From NCBI GenBank assembly GCA_043228905.1, contig JBHGNT010000010.1, positions 11,532,001 to 11,596,000 on the forward strand: DNA of 64,000 nt, in the 5' to 3' direction. The notes beneath the pieces are model-generated. The model was not told the DNA's origin, did not search any database, and saw only the letters and a list, made by a program, of their open reading frames with translations. Shown piece by piece: positions 1 to 12,300 of this stretch. Within the stretch, counting starts at the first letter, position 1, and each line of letters starts with the position of its first letter. The stretch comes from Azolla caroliniana. Taxonomy: Eukaryota > Plantae > Polypodiophyta. A program made the position numbers and the translations under genes.

Positions 1-1370
1 GATCTTATGCAAGTGGATGTACAAGATCAAATACAATGCAGACGGCTTTGTCAATCAGTACAAGGCTCGGTTAGTGGCCAAGGGCTATGCACAACAACAT
101 GGCATCGACTACGATGAGACATACGCATCAGTCGCGAAGATGACAACCGTCTATGTCTTGTTTGTGGTCGCCACGGCGAAGGGTTGGCATTTGCACCAAA
201 TGGATGTGAAGAACGCGTTCCTACAAAGAGAACTTGAAGAACACATATACATGGTGCAGCCACCCAGGTTTCAGTTCGGATTGAATACTTCGACAGTATA
301 CTGACTCAAGAAGTCCCTTTATAGATTAAAGCAAGACCTGCATGCCTAGAATGCAAAGATCACTCAGTGCTTGCATCGGATGGGGTTTGCCACATCCAAG
401 TCGGACTCTTCACTCTTCATCTAACAAGGTCGAAATGGGCCGGTAAGTCTTTTACTTTATGTTCGTGATTTAGTCATCACCGGCGCCGACCCAGAGGAAA
501 TCGATTGCGTCAACTCTAAGCTTGCGGCATCTTTCGAAATGAAGGACCTTGGAGACCTTCACTACTTCCTTGGGATCGAAGTGATCCACACCCCCAACGG
601 CATATTGTTGTCTCAACAACACTATGTTTTGAATATGTTGTTCAAGTTCGACATAACAGATTGCCGACCGATCTCAACACCTCTTGACCGGAATCAAAAG
701 CTACGTCTCGACTCTAGATCGGCCTGCAACAAAAACGGTTCCGACAAATTGTCGAAAGACTTATATATCTCACTATCACCCTACCCGACGTCAGCTATCC
801 AGTCAGAGTGATCAGTTAGTTTATGTAGTGTCCAACCGTCGAGCACCTTCGGTGCATGCATTGTCTATTGAAATAGGTGAGCGGCACTAAGGATCGGGGG
901 GACTATTGTATAAACACAGTGTAACCAAGCAATTAGTTGGTTATACTTATGTCGATTGGGTCGGTGATGCGTCAAATCGTCGGTCAACATCCAGCTTTAC
1001 GTTTTCTCTTGGGAGCACAACTATTGCGTGGAGTAGCAAGAAGGAGCCGTCGTTGGCTTTGTCGAGCATTGAGGTTGAATACCGAGGGGCTACCGTTGTG
1101 ACCTATGAAGCCATTTAGCTTTTGGCGGCTGTTGCAAGACCTTCAGATCGAAGTACCAACTCCGATCCCGATCTACTGCAACAACATCAATAGCATGCAG
1201 CTCGCCAAGAACCCCATGTTCCATGCTCTCACTAAGCACATCGAGGTGCATTATCACTTTGTGCGCAAATGGGTTCTGAGAGGTGACTCCGATATGTTTG
1301 AACCGATCGGCAGGTTGCTGACATCTTCACCAAGCCACTCCGATCAGACAAGTTGCAACAATTTTCGGAG
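1..1370 (+). pseudogene. Degenerate Ty1/Copia RT-RNaseH fragment, same lineage as element A
   Basis: ORFs 17-304 (KARLVAKGY, QMDVKNAFL), 539-811 (MKDLGDLHYFLGIEV), 906-1118 and 1105-1497 (KHIEVHYHFVR), broken by stops and frameshifts. Confidence 0.9.
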
Positions 1371-1744
1371 ATCTTCTCTGTGTGATTCAAGCTTACCATT
1401 AAACCTTTGTTCTATTCCTATGGCTATCCGGCAGAACCGATTGTGTCTACAAGCTTTTGCATGCTATTCTTTTCACCTCTTGTGCCATCAACCTTAGTCC
1501 ATATTTATTTTATAACAATACTAGAGAAGGGGGATTCTTAATCCCCTCTTGTGCCATCAACAAACAAACAACTTGTATGACGTCTAGCTCCTCTACTCTC
1601 CCATCGAGGTATATTTAAGATTAAGCTTATGTGGTTTGGGCTTACAAACACAAATATATATATATATTGATTGATTGATTGATTATATCGTCATCTTTGG
1701 AGGTCAAATATAACCTATGAGACCAAAAATATTATTACATTTCA

Positions 1745-2142
1745 TTTTAAACGTAACGTGCGGAAGCTATATGACACACACAATACCAACAGGAGGAAAC
1801 AATAGGTTTAATGGAGAGCTTAAGACACGACGTACGTGGGAGAGACAGAGAGGGAAAAAAACACAGAAGAAACTAAATTCAAAATAATGTGTAAAAACTC
1901 TTTGTACATAGGATGTGCTTAGGGAACACTTTTATATACAAGTTCATACGGAATGACAGAAGTACTGACACATACTTCAATGCTCATAACTAAGCACCTA
2001 CACTAACTCCCAATTATATTCCCTCGCAGAATATCTGTTCAACAGCCTCCCGGTTTCCGCACGGATCCGGCCTCTTGTTGCGCACCGGTTTACGCACCGG
2101 TTTACGCACCAATCCAACCAATGTTGAGCTTGTATCTCAACA
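1745..2142 (-). repeat. 3' LTR of Copia A
   Basis: Direct repeat of 19841-20237, ends in ...CTCAACA and abuts the PPT (ctccccct). Confidence 0.95.
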
Positions 2143-3427
2143 CTCCCCCTCAAGCTCAACTTGAGGCTCTTCCAGTCCATCGCTCTGGTTTCTCTTGACT
2201 TCACACCTCGCTTGCGCTCCTCGACCAATTCAATTCCACGCATCTCGACCCTTTCAATCGGCTTGTCTACTTGTGTGGCCTTTTCCAGCTCCCTTGTTGT
2301 CATGGTGTTGGCACCTCTTCTGCTGCCCTTTATTCCTCTTGGCCTTCAATAGATTCGGTGTCTCCGAATCAAACATCCGAGCTGAATCGACTACCTCTAA
2401 TTCGTCTCTGCTTTTGTCTGAATTGGTTGTCTCCAATTCGTCCTCACTTTTGGCCTTCTCGCCCTTGTTGGCTTCTCTCTCCCATGTTTAGCTTGCTCTG
2501 GCTCTTTCTTTCGGTTGCTGCCCTCTCGTCCGCTTTAGGACTCTTCCGTGGATCCACCTTCGGCTTCTTCAGCCGACAGTAAATCGAATTTGTTATCTGA
2601 TTTGGTGTCACGGTCACTTCCGCTCCTTTCCGTGGTCCTACGGGACTTCTCTCCCCCTCAAGTTTGGCACGTTGTCGCGTTGTTACGCGCGTGCGTGGAG
2701 AACAAGGCGGGACCACTGGGGTCTTGGACCGAGGAATAGGTGAGGAAAAGACAAAGAGACACTCACTCACGTATAGACAAAGAAGCGCACGGGGACGCGT
2801 CACAACAACACAGGAGACGCGAGTTGAGAACACTAGAGTGTGTATGTAAATATATGCATGTATTTGTATGTATGTAGACGACTCGAACGGTTACAGCCGA
2901 CCAAGTCGGCGAGGTGGGTGCTGACGCCTGATCACCCATGCACACAGGAGAGCAAGATGGAGATTCTGCTGGAAGCACACAGGCGTTCCACGGAGCAGAA
3001 TCAGCCTCCTGAGAGCCTGCGCAAAAGAACACTATGGAGAACGACAGAGCAGAAGAGCTCGGTCCCAATCCGACAGCACTTCGTTCCCTCTAGCGCGCGA
3101 TATACCCCTATCCCCTTCGTCTCCCTCTCTTTTATAGCTCAAGGAGGGAGGCCGTTTCACCCGTTTACATCGCATTAATTCTCTGTCCTTTCGGACAGAG
3201 ATACTCCTCGATTTCCCCTATAGAATATTGCTACCTAGGATTTAACCCTTGCGCCTACCTATCTACTTTACGACAAGGGACGTGCCCACCTGTAAGGGCC
3301 GATTCACACACATTATACACGGTTTGCGCCTGGGGACGGTTTTCTTCACGACATCCGCCCCCACCTAACCGCAGCATCCACCGGTATGCGCCATAATTGG
3401 GTTTACGAGAGAAAACCGATCCTTGCG

Positions 3428-6400
3428 TTATTCCTCATTTACCGGTTCATCCTCCGCCTCAGGCTGCTCATCGTCGTTGTCCATGCTCCCTAGCCCTGGC
3501 TCCCCATCGTGTCGTTTCTTGAATGCTTTGATCCTCTTCCCCGCTACCGGTATCGCCATTCTCGTACCGTTGAGCTCCGCGAGATGGTACGTCCCATTGC
3601 CATTGGCGCCTATTACTACGTAAGGCCCGAACCACCTCCTCGCAAACTTCCACGTGGCCCTGTGCTTATTGTCGAGGCTGTTGTCGTACACTAGCACCCA
3701 GTCACCTTCCTCGATCTTCCTTGGCCTGGACCGGTGTGTTCGGTCGAACCGGGCTTTGTTCCTTATCCTCGCTACTCGAAGTTTCTTCGCGGCTCGCTCT
3801 ACGTCCTCCGGCCTCCGCTCGAGCTGTCGAATCCGCGCCGCCAACAGTTCCTCCCGGCTCATCTCATCCCTCCAGTCCACCGTGGCCCACGAGGAGATCG
3901 TTCGCTCTGTGGGCATGATCGGCTTCTGTCCGAACATCAGCTCTGCCGGCATGAACCCGGTTACCGAATTGTGCGTAGTCCGGTCCGCCCACAAGGCATA
4001 AGGTAGCAGCCGTGGCCAGTCCCCGACTCGGCCTCCGCACGCCCGTACTAGCGCTTTGACAATTGGCCCGTGTCCGCGCTCCACCTTCCCATTTGCCTCC
4101 GGATTGTACACTGTGGTGAGTGAAAGTTTGACTCCTAGCCGGCCGAACAGCTCTTCGGCCTCTTCTGCGTCCAACTCACCACGGTCAGCCACGATCTTCC
4201 CTACGCACCCGTATCGGCATACTACGTCCTCAATCAAAAACCGGCACATGGCTGTCGTCGTCTTGTTCTGCAGGGCTCGGCCTTCAACCTGGTTCGTTAG
4301 ATCTTCCCGAGCCAGCACCAGATACCGCATTTGTCCTACCTCCATTGGCATCGTCACCAAATCCACCATCCACTTGAAGTGGACGGTCGGAGGGTAGGTC
4401 GGGTGAAGCTCGTCCCGATGTCGGATCATGGAGTGCACCTGACAGCTTTCGCAAGTCGTCACGAACCGATGCATGTCCCGGTATAGTCCCGACCACCAGT
4501 ACTTCCCCTTTAGCTTTTCGAACGTGGCCCATGTTCCACTGTGTCCAGCCCACGGGCTATCGTGGTACGCCGCCAGCAAATCCTCCTGTTCCTCCTTCTT
4601 CGCCACCACTCAGAGCGGGATGTCGTTCCTCTTCTTCGGGTGCTTCCATATGTATCTGTCCCGGAGAAAGAATCAGTAGGCTTTCTTCCGAATCCGGTTG
4701 GCCTCATCCGTTGTCCATGCCGCATCCGGTGTCATTGTTTTCAGGAACCCGCCGATCTACAGCCACTCTCCGTCATACTTGCTCTTGTCGAAATCGTTAA
4801 GCGTTGGAGAGCATACCCTGCTGGTTGTCACGTTAGCCGCCTCGAAGAAGTCCACGCCGACATCCTCGTCTTCTAAAACCATGCCGCCGTCGTTTTCGAA
4901 CCTCGCCCTTGAAAGCATGTCGGCCATGGCGTTGTCTTTCCCGGAAATGTGTCATATTTCCAGATTCAGGGACTTGATGTACGCTATCCACCTGAGCATT
5001 GCCAGGTCCGGCGTCACGCATCCGGAAACCATGCCAAGGATCGGTAGGCAGTCCGTTTCAATAATTACCTCTGTCTCGATCAGGTAGTCTTTATCGGCCT
5101 TTACCGCCGAAACGATACCCCAGAGCTCACATTTAACCTGGGCATATCCTCGTTGTCGCTCGCTGAGGACCTTCGCACCGAACCGGATCGGGGAACGCAT
5201 GTCGTCTTCGTCCTCTTGGTTGACGACACATCCGATCCCGGTCGGACTCGTGTCTACCGTTACGTAAATTGGAGTGCTCTTTCCGTAGACAGCCTTCCGG
5301 AGCGCCAGAGCCGCGGCTAGTGCTTCCTTCATCTTCCGGACAGACTCCGTATGCTCGCCTCTCCACTCGAATTTTCGCCCCTTTTTCAGCAACCCGTACA
5401 ACAGCTCCGCGACGTGAGCGTAATGCGGGACCCATATGTGGTAGAATGTGCACGCTCCCAAGAACCTCCGAACCTCCGTGACCGAGCTACAGTCGTTCTT
5501 CATTGCAGAGATGGCTTCTACCTTAGCCGGAGACGGTTTCCGGTCGTACGACCCGCATAGGTGTTCGACGACCATGATCTCTGATTGCCCAAAGGCCGAC
5601 TTTCCCCTAGAGAAGGTGAGCCTCGCGCTCTTCAACCTCTGCAACACCTTCTCGCAGTCATCGATGTGCGTCGCCACGAATTTCCGGCATCCGTCTGGTT
5701 CGATCGTCTCGTCCTTTTCCTCCACCGTGCATCCCTTGATCGGGACGTCGTCCAAAAACGGCTTTGTGATGTCCGGGATACAATCCCTCAGCACTTTGTT
5801 CATTGCGTTCACCATGTGAGCCACCGAGTTCGTCCCTCCTTGCGGCAGGGTACACCCCGAGTAGAGATCACCGACCGAGTAAATCGACCTTCCGGCGAAG
5901 GCCTCCGCGAACTCGTCTATTGTCGGTCCGATTCCCGCGTTTCGAGTGGTCACCTTGTTGACCGGCTGCAGGTCTTGAATAAAGCGCAGCGTGCCGTCCT
6001 TCTTCGGCACGGTAAACCACCGATTCGAGTATGGGGCACTCGACGGTTCGAGGATTCCCATCTCGACCTTTTGCTTTAACAGCTCCATCAGCTTCGGGAT
6101 GTGAGCTCTGGGTACTGGAATCGGTTTGAGACTCCACGGCACATGCGGTACCGTGAATATCACCATCGATTCCACGATTGTCGGGTCTACGCACCCGATC
6201 TCCTCTGGTGAGAATGCGAAAGCCTTCCCGTGCCTTCCGAGCATTCCCCGAAAACAGTCCTCTTCCGCCAGCAGTAGGAAGCCGCCCCCACCGATTTTGA
6301 GCTCGCGCAGCATTATGTCGGTGAACGTGTGCCCTATGCGGGTCGGATTTCATAAACTCGGGTCCGATGCAACCCCCTTTATTCGCAACTCGCTGCCCTC

Positions 6401-8964
6401 CGGCAAGGGAGCCGCGACTGGCCTCACCTTCCGGTCCACAATCTTGTACCTCGTGTTCACTCGGGCCGTCTGAGCCGACTCGAGCCCTCTACTGAAGTCC
6501 GCGATGACTTCGTACATCTTTTCCGAACATACTGGAATCGTCCGGTCCTCTTTAAGGACTCCTCCAACTACCTCCCGCAGCTCCCCCAAGGTATCGATGA
6601 AAGAGACCGCCTCCACGGCTCCGTTGATTTCTTCTCCGAGGTCGAGGACGCCACATGCCCGAAGTCGCTCCTCCGCCCTTCTCTTCTCTCGGCCAACAAC
6701 GTCGACTATCGTACACCCTCCGTTGTCGGAGAACCAAAATTCCCTACTTATAGCACAGGTCTTCTTCGCTATCATACACTTGTGGGGTTTTCCCGGAGTG
6801 TCCGGACTATCGCGGCCCCACGCCTTGATAGCCCTCTTCAAAAATCCTCCCTGCTTTCGCCCCCAAGGGTCTCGTGGTTCCTCTCATGGTTCGGTCTCAC
6901 CGTCAGGAACTGGACCGAGTGACGCCCATCCTGGCTCTTGACCCTTGCATAGGCCGAGTCGTTGTCCAGCACCTTGGTCTCCATCCGTGTTGCCGTGATG
7001 TACGGTTCTCCTAGTATAACCGGATGTCAGGACGTCTCCTGCACGAAGAAGTGTTGGTCAATCTCGACATCGCTGATCTTTACTCATACGTTCGGGCAGG
7101 CTCCATGAAGTTCTTCGGTGGCACGCGTCGCCCCCCGTATTTTCCACCCGTGCTTGGTGTTGATCGGCCATTTTCCCTTCTTATAGAAGTCCATGGACAT
7201 CAAATTGATTTCTGAACCATGGTCCACCAACGCCACCACCGGTTCATGAACATCTCCGATCTTCACGGGGGTCTCCGTGGTCACTCTGGCCCAGTGCGGC
7301 CTCGAATAATGGCTCTCCGCCAACTCGTCTTCCAGCGCCATGTCCTCTATGTGCGTCGTCCGCACCTCCACCGGCTTCTCCGGTTCTGTCTCCGTCGACA
7401 GCCTCTTCCTCTTCACCAAGTCTATGATGAAGTCATGGAACTCCTTCTTGGCGATCCCAAGCACTTCCCTCAGCGATAGCTCCACCTTGCTGTCGAGGAT
7501 TCGTTCTTCCAGGACTTTTCGCAGGTCCGTGGATCTTTCGATTTCTGTGCCCAGCCGGTACTCGCCCTTCTTGGGATTATCCTGGGCGCCGGTTACAACG
7601 GCCTCATTCTATCGTTGCCCGAATCGAGTTTCATATCGTTGCGAGGGCCCGGCCCCTCCGGTTTTCCCTACCCGCTTGTCCTCCACCAGAGCCTCGTAGT
7701 TTTGACAAGCAGCTTCGACGAAGCCCGTCTTTTCTTCCACCGGGTCACTCCACTCGATTACCTCCCGGACCCGTTTTTCCGCGCGGTCCACCTCTTCTTT
7801 CCTCAGCCGCGCGCTAGCGAGGCCTTCCAGAATCGTCGGCCAGAACCCAGCTTTGTTCGTCTTCGGGGCCTCGCCATCTCCGACCCGAATACCAGCTGAC
7901 ACCGAGTAGTGGACGGTCTCCGCGTGATGAGCCGCCGCCTCCTCCATCAGCCTTTTCATACCCTCTCGCCCGACGTTCAGGTTCAGGGCCCTTCAGGTCT
8001 CGCTGGCGTGCACCCGATCGTTCCACAGGTACACCACGTTGCTTCTCATCGCCTCGGCGAATTCCCCGCAGTCCTTTCAGATGTGCCCAACCGCGTCACA
8101 CCACATGCACTTGTTTTCAGCCAGAGCTCGTCGGTCACGGGCCTGTTCGCCACCATCCCTCCGTGCCTGGGCGATCTGGAGATCCTTTACCATCAGCGTC
8201 AGCTCCTCTAGAGCTGCTCCCTCGGACGAGCCCTTGACCATGCCGGTTGAAGCCGATTCGGTCTCGAGCCAATCTCGAGTCTCTTTCCTTCGCGTTGGTG
8301 GTGTTGGCTCAAGCTTCCTTGCTGCGACAGAGCCCGCCCCTGTCGATCCTTTGTCAACCCATTCCTGCCGTTTGTCGAAACGGCCACAGACCCTTTTCAC
8401 CACGGCCCAGTCGGTCGTCAGCCCGTCATCAGTCTCCAATAGGAGGCCTACCTGCTCCCGATCCCGCTCGTCAACCGACTTAACAAACAATAGGACACGG
8501 CTTGTGTCCAGAATGGCCCGGTCAAGCACTGAGAGGCGCGCGAAGCGTTCCTCAAACTCCCGAAGGAGCACTGACGCGTTCCTTCCTTTGTCAGGGGTCT
8601 CCACCCACTCCATGAAGTCCCGCTTCGAAAGTCGAAGCGCATCTTCAAGCCCGTATCTTTCGAGGAGCCAACCTTCGAACTCCTCCCAGGTCCGGCTCTC
8701 GGCCCATACCTCGAGCACCTCCGTATGGATGCCCGGCATCGCCACTCGAGGGAATCCGGCCAGACGCCTCTCTTCCGAAATGTCCCTCATTACCATCTCA
8801 ACCCGGTAGGACGCCAAGTAGCTCGTGGCATCCTTCCCACTAAACCGGCCGATCGTATCGACAACCGCCTCGATAGCCCTATCAAGGGTGCCGGAGCCTT
8901 CGCGAGCACTCACTATACGGTCCACAGCCGAAGCCATGGCTTCTGCGAGGTCTGACCCCCTCAT
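3428..8964 (-). pseudogene. Gypsy B gag-pol, frameshifted; integrase ORF 3428-4609 still open
   Basis: gag 8077-8964 with CCHC start (CMWCDAVGH), PR (LVDHGSEINLM), RT (FLDD; deletion between YSG and LPQG), RH (DTSPTGIG), INT (HHCC, DRG, NGKVERGH, GPY). Confidence 0.92.
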
Positions 8965-8985
8965 CTTCTACTCCTCTGCCGCCTG

Positions 8986-9003
8986 TTCACGTCGGGTTCA
9001 CCA
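8986..9003 (-). promoter_or_regulatory. Primer-binding site of Gypsy B, complementary to tRNA-Trp
   Basis: The + strand reads TTCACGTCGGGTTCACCA, the 3' end of plant cytosolic tRNA-Trp plus CCA, 4 nt from the LTR. Confidence 0.85.
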
Positions 9004-9390
9004 AATTTGTCGCGTTGTTACGCGCGTGCGTGGAGAACAAGGCGGGACCACTGGGGTCTTGGACCGAGGAATAGGTGAGGAAAAGAGAGAGAGATGCTCA
9101 CTCACGTATAGACAAAGAAGTGCACGGGGACACGTCACAACAACACAGGAGACGCGAGTTGAGAACACTAGAGTGTGTATGTAAATATATGCATGTATTT
9201 GTATGTATGCAGACGACTCAAACGGTTACAGCCGACCAAGTCGGCGAGGTGGGTGCCGATGCCTGATCACCCACACACACAGGAGAGCAAGATGGAGATT
9301 CTGCCGGAAGCACACGGGCGTTCCACGGAGCATAATCAGCCTCCTGAGAGCCTGCGCAAAAGAAAGCTATGGAGAACGACAGAGCAGAAG

Positions 9391-12300
9391 TGTAAGGAAT
9401 CGACACTCCGATTCACCTTCACCGCTCGGCCACAACCGAGGAAGCGCGAATCAATGCAGCAGAAAATAGGAAACACAGAGAAAGACACGATAACACAGGG
9501 ATTAACGTGGAAAACCCTAGACGGGAAAAACCACGGGAGTGCAAGACTCCAACTATCACTCTACGCTGGGAAATATACAATGGCGAGCTGCAAGGCGACG
9601 ACCTTGAGCTCGCTATCCTCGCCACAGGCGGCGGTATTACACAGAGGCGTCGACCTCTTCCTTCTCTCTCTCTCGGCTGCTCTCACTCCGCTCCCTCTAG
9701 ATGAAAAACAGAAAAATGAGCAACAACATGAAAACTGTTTGCCCTAAGTCATATTTATACACATATGACTTTCGGGCTATTTACAACTATAGCCTCAAGG
9801 GCCCTTGGCAAACATATTCACAAATATGTCCCCGCATCCGGATCTCTCTCCGGGTACATTCGTCATCCGGCTCCGTAACCGGGATCTTCATCATCCGGTT
9901 CCGAAACCGCAACCGGGCTTGTCGTCATTCATCTCCGACATCCGACCATCCCATCCGAAAGGGACCGTAATCCCAACAAACTCCCCCTTCACTTCGGCAT
10001 GGGATGTCTCTCCAATCCGATCCTCGTCCGGCATGCTTCCAGCTTGTCGGGTGTGAGCACCTTGGTCAGCATATCCGACCCGTTCTCGTCCGTGTGGACC
10101 TTCGTCAGCACGAACTCCTTGTCTTCTATCCTTTCCCGGATCCAGTGATATCTTCGCTGGATGTGCTTCGTCCGGGAGTGATAGGCCGCGTTCTTCGCAA
10201 GGTGGATGGCACTCTGACTGTCGCAGTAGAGTCGGTACTCCTCCTGCTGGATACCGAGCTCTCTAATGAAGTCCTTCATCCATATTATTTCCTTGCCGGC
10301 TTCAACAGCCGCCATGTACTCCGCCTCCGTGGTTGACAACGCAACCGTCTTCTGCAGCCTCGACTGCCATGAAACAGCTCCCCCTGCATACGTCATCACA
10401 TACCCTGATGTGGACCGGCTGGTATCTGCATCAGCTGACATATCCGAATCGGTAAAGCCGTCGAGTTCGGGCTTACCGGAGCCGAATCGGAGGCACACGT
10501 TTGCCGTGCCCTTCAGGTATCGGAGTATCCACTTGGCCGCGTTCCAATGCTCTTTGCCGGGATTGCTCATGTATCGGCTCACCACTCCGACTGCGTATCC
10601 AATGTCCGGTCTTGTACACACCATTGCGTACATCAAGCTTCCGACGGCAGAGGCATATGGCACTTTCATCATGTCCTCCTTCTCAGCCTTTGTCTTGGGG
10701 CTTTGCTTGCTGGACAGCTTGCAGTTTGCCGGGAGGGTCGATCCGACCGGTCTTGCTTCCGACATGTTGAACCGTTTAAGCACCTTTGTCACGTACTTCT
10801 CCTGTGACAGCCACAACTGCTTCTTGCTCCGGTCCTGGATGATGTGCATCCCTAGTATTTGTCTCGCCGGACCCAAGTCCTTCATTGAGAAGGTTCGGTG
10901 AAGAGCCTTCTTCAGCATCCGCATCTTGACCTGGTCCCGTCCGACGATCAACATGTCGTCCACGTACAGGAGGAGTATTAGAAAGTCTCCTCCTTCGAAC
11001 TTCTTCACAAACACGCAGTGGTCGGACTGCGTTTTGAGGTACCCTTCGTCGGTCATGAAAGAGTCGAACTTCCGGTACCATTGCCGGGGAGCCTGCTTCA
11101 GTCCGTAAAGGCTCTTCTTCAACCGGCATACCAGGTGCTCCTTCCCTTTCTTCTCGAATCCTTCCGGTTGCTGCATGTAGATCTCTTCTTCGAGGTCACC
11201 GTGAAGGAATGCCGTCTTCACGTCCATCTGTTCTACCTCGAGGTCCATGCTTGCCGCTATGCTCAGCACCGTCCGGATGGAGGTCATCTTCACTACCGGG
11301 GCAAATATCTCGTCGAAGTCGACGCCCTTCTTCTGCTGAAACCCCTTTACCACGATCCTGGCTTTGTATCTCGGGGGGTTTCCGGCATCTCCCGGTTTCA
11401 GCTTGAACACCCACTTGTTTCGAAGTGCCCGTTTTCCTTTCGGCAACTCCACAAGTTCATATGTGTGGTTCTCATGCAGGGAATCCATCTCGTCCTGCAT
11501 GGCACTCAACCACCTGCGGCTCTAGATGTCATGCTTTGCTTCTTCAAAGCTCTCCGGCTCCCCCTCGTCGGTTAGCAGCACGTGCTCTGGTTCCGGAAAT
11601 CTCCGGGGGGCCCTTCTCTCTCTTAGAGGATATCTCCGTTCCGGAGCTTCGGTAACCGGCTCCTCCGTTTCCTCTTCATCCGAATCCATTTCGGGATCGG
11701 GGCCGGTTCCGGTATCAGTTTCATCTTCCTCGGCCGGTTCTGTTTCTTCACCGCCTTCGGCCGGATCCTCGAGTGCTAACCGGTCCCTTGCCGGTCGGGA
11801 CTGCTCCTCGTAGAGTTGATCCTCACCGGTCGACTTGGAGCTCTTCATCTTCTTCTCCGACTCCCAGTCGGCGAGTGTCTTGTTCTCCATGAAGATGATA
11901 TCACGACTCCAGAATATCTTCTTGTCGACCGGGTCCCATACTCGGTAGCCGAACTCGTCATCGCCGTAACCGAGGAATATGCATGACCGGGTCTTTGGAT
12001 CTAGCTTTCCTCTCCGGTCCTTAGCCACATGCACATATGCGAGACACCCGAACACCTTCAGATGCCGGTAGGATACTTCCCTGCCGGTCCACACTCTCTG
12101 CGGCGTGTCTCCGTCCAAAGGTACTGAGGGTGATCTGTTTATCACGTATGTCGCCGTCGACATTGCCTCAGCCCAAAACCCCTTCGGTAATTTCGCATGC
12201 GCCAGCATACTCCGAACCCTCTCCATTATGGTCCGGTTCATCCTCTCGGCCAGCCCATTCAGTTCCGGCGTCTTCGGCACAGTAAACTCGAGCCGGATTC

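Noticed and set aside
8986-9003. tRNA-Trp gene (and tRNA-Ala near 60479)
   Set aside because: Only the 3' 18 nt including CCA are present, next to an LTR, so these are PBS sites rather than tRNA genes.
9175-9970. ORFs repeated at 14157-14805
   Set aside because: They lie within the duplicated LTRs of C and B; there is no coding evidence.
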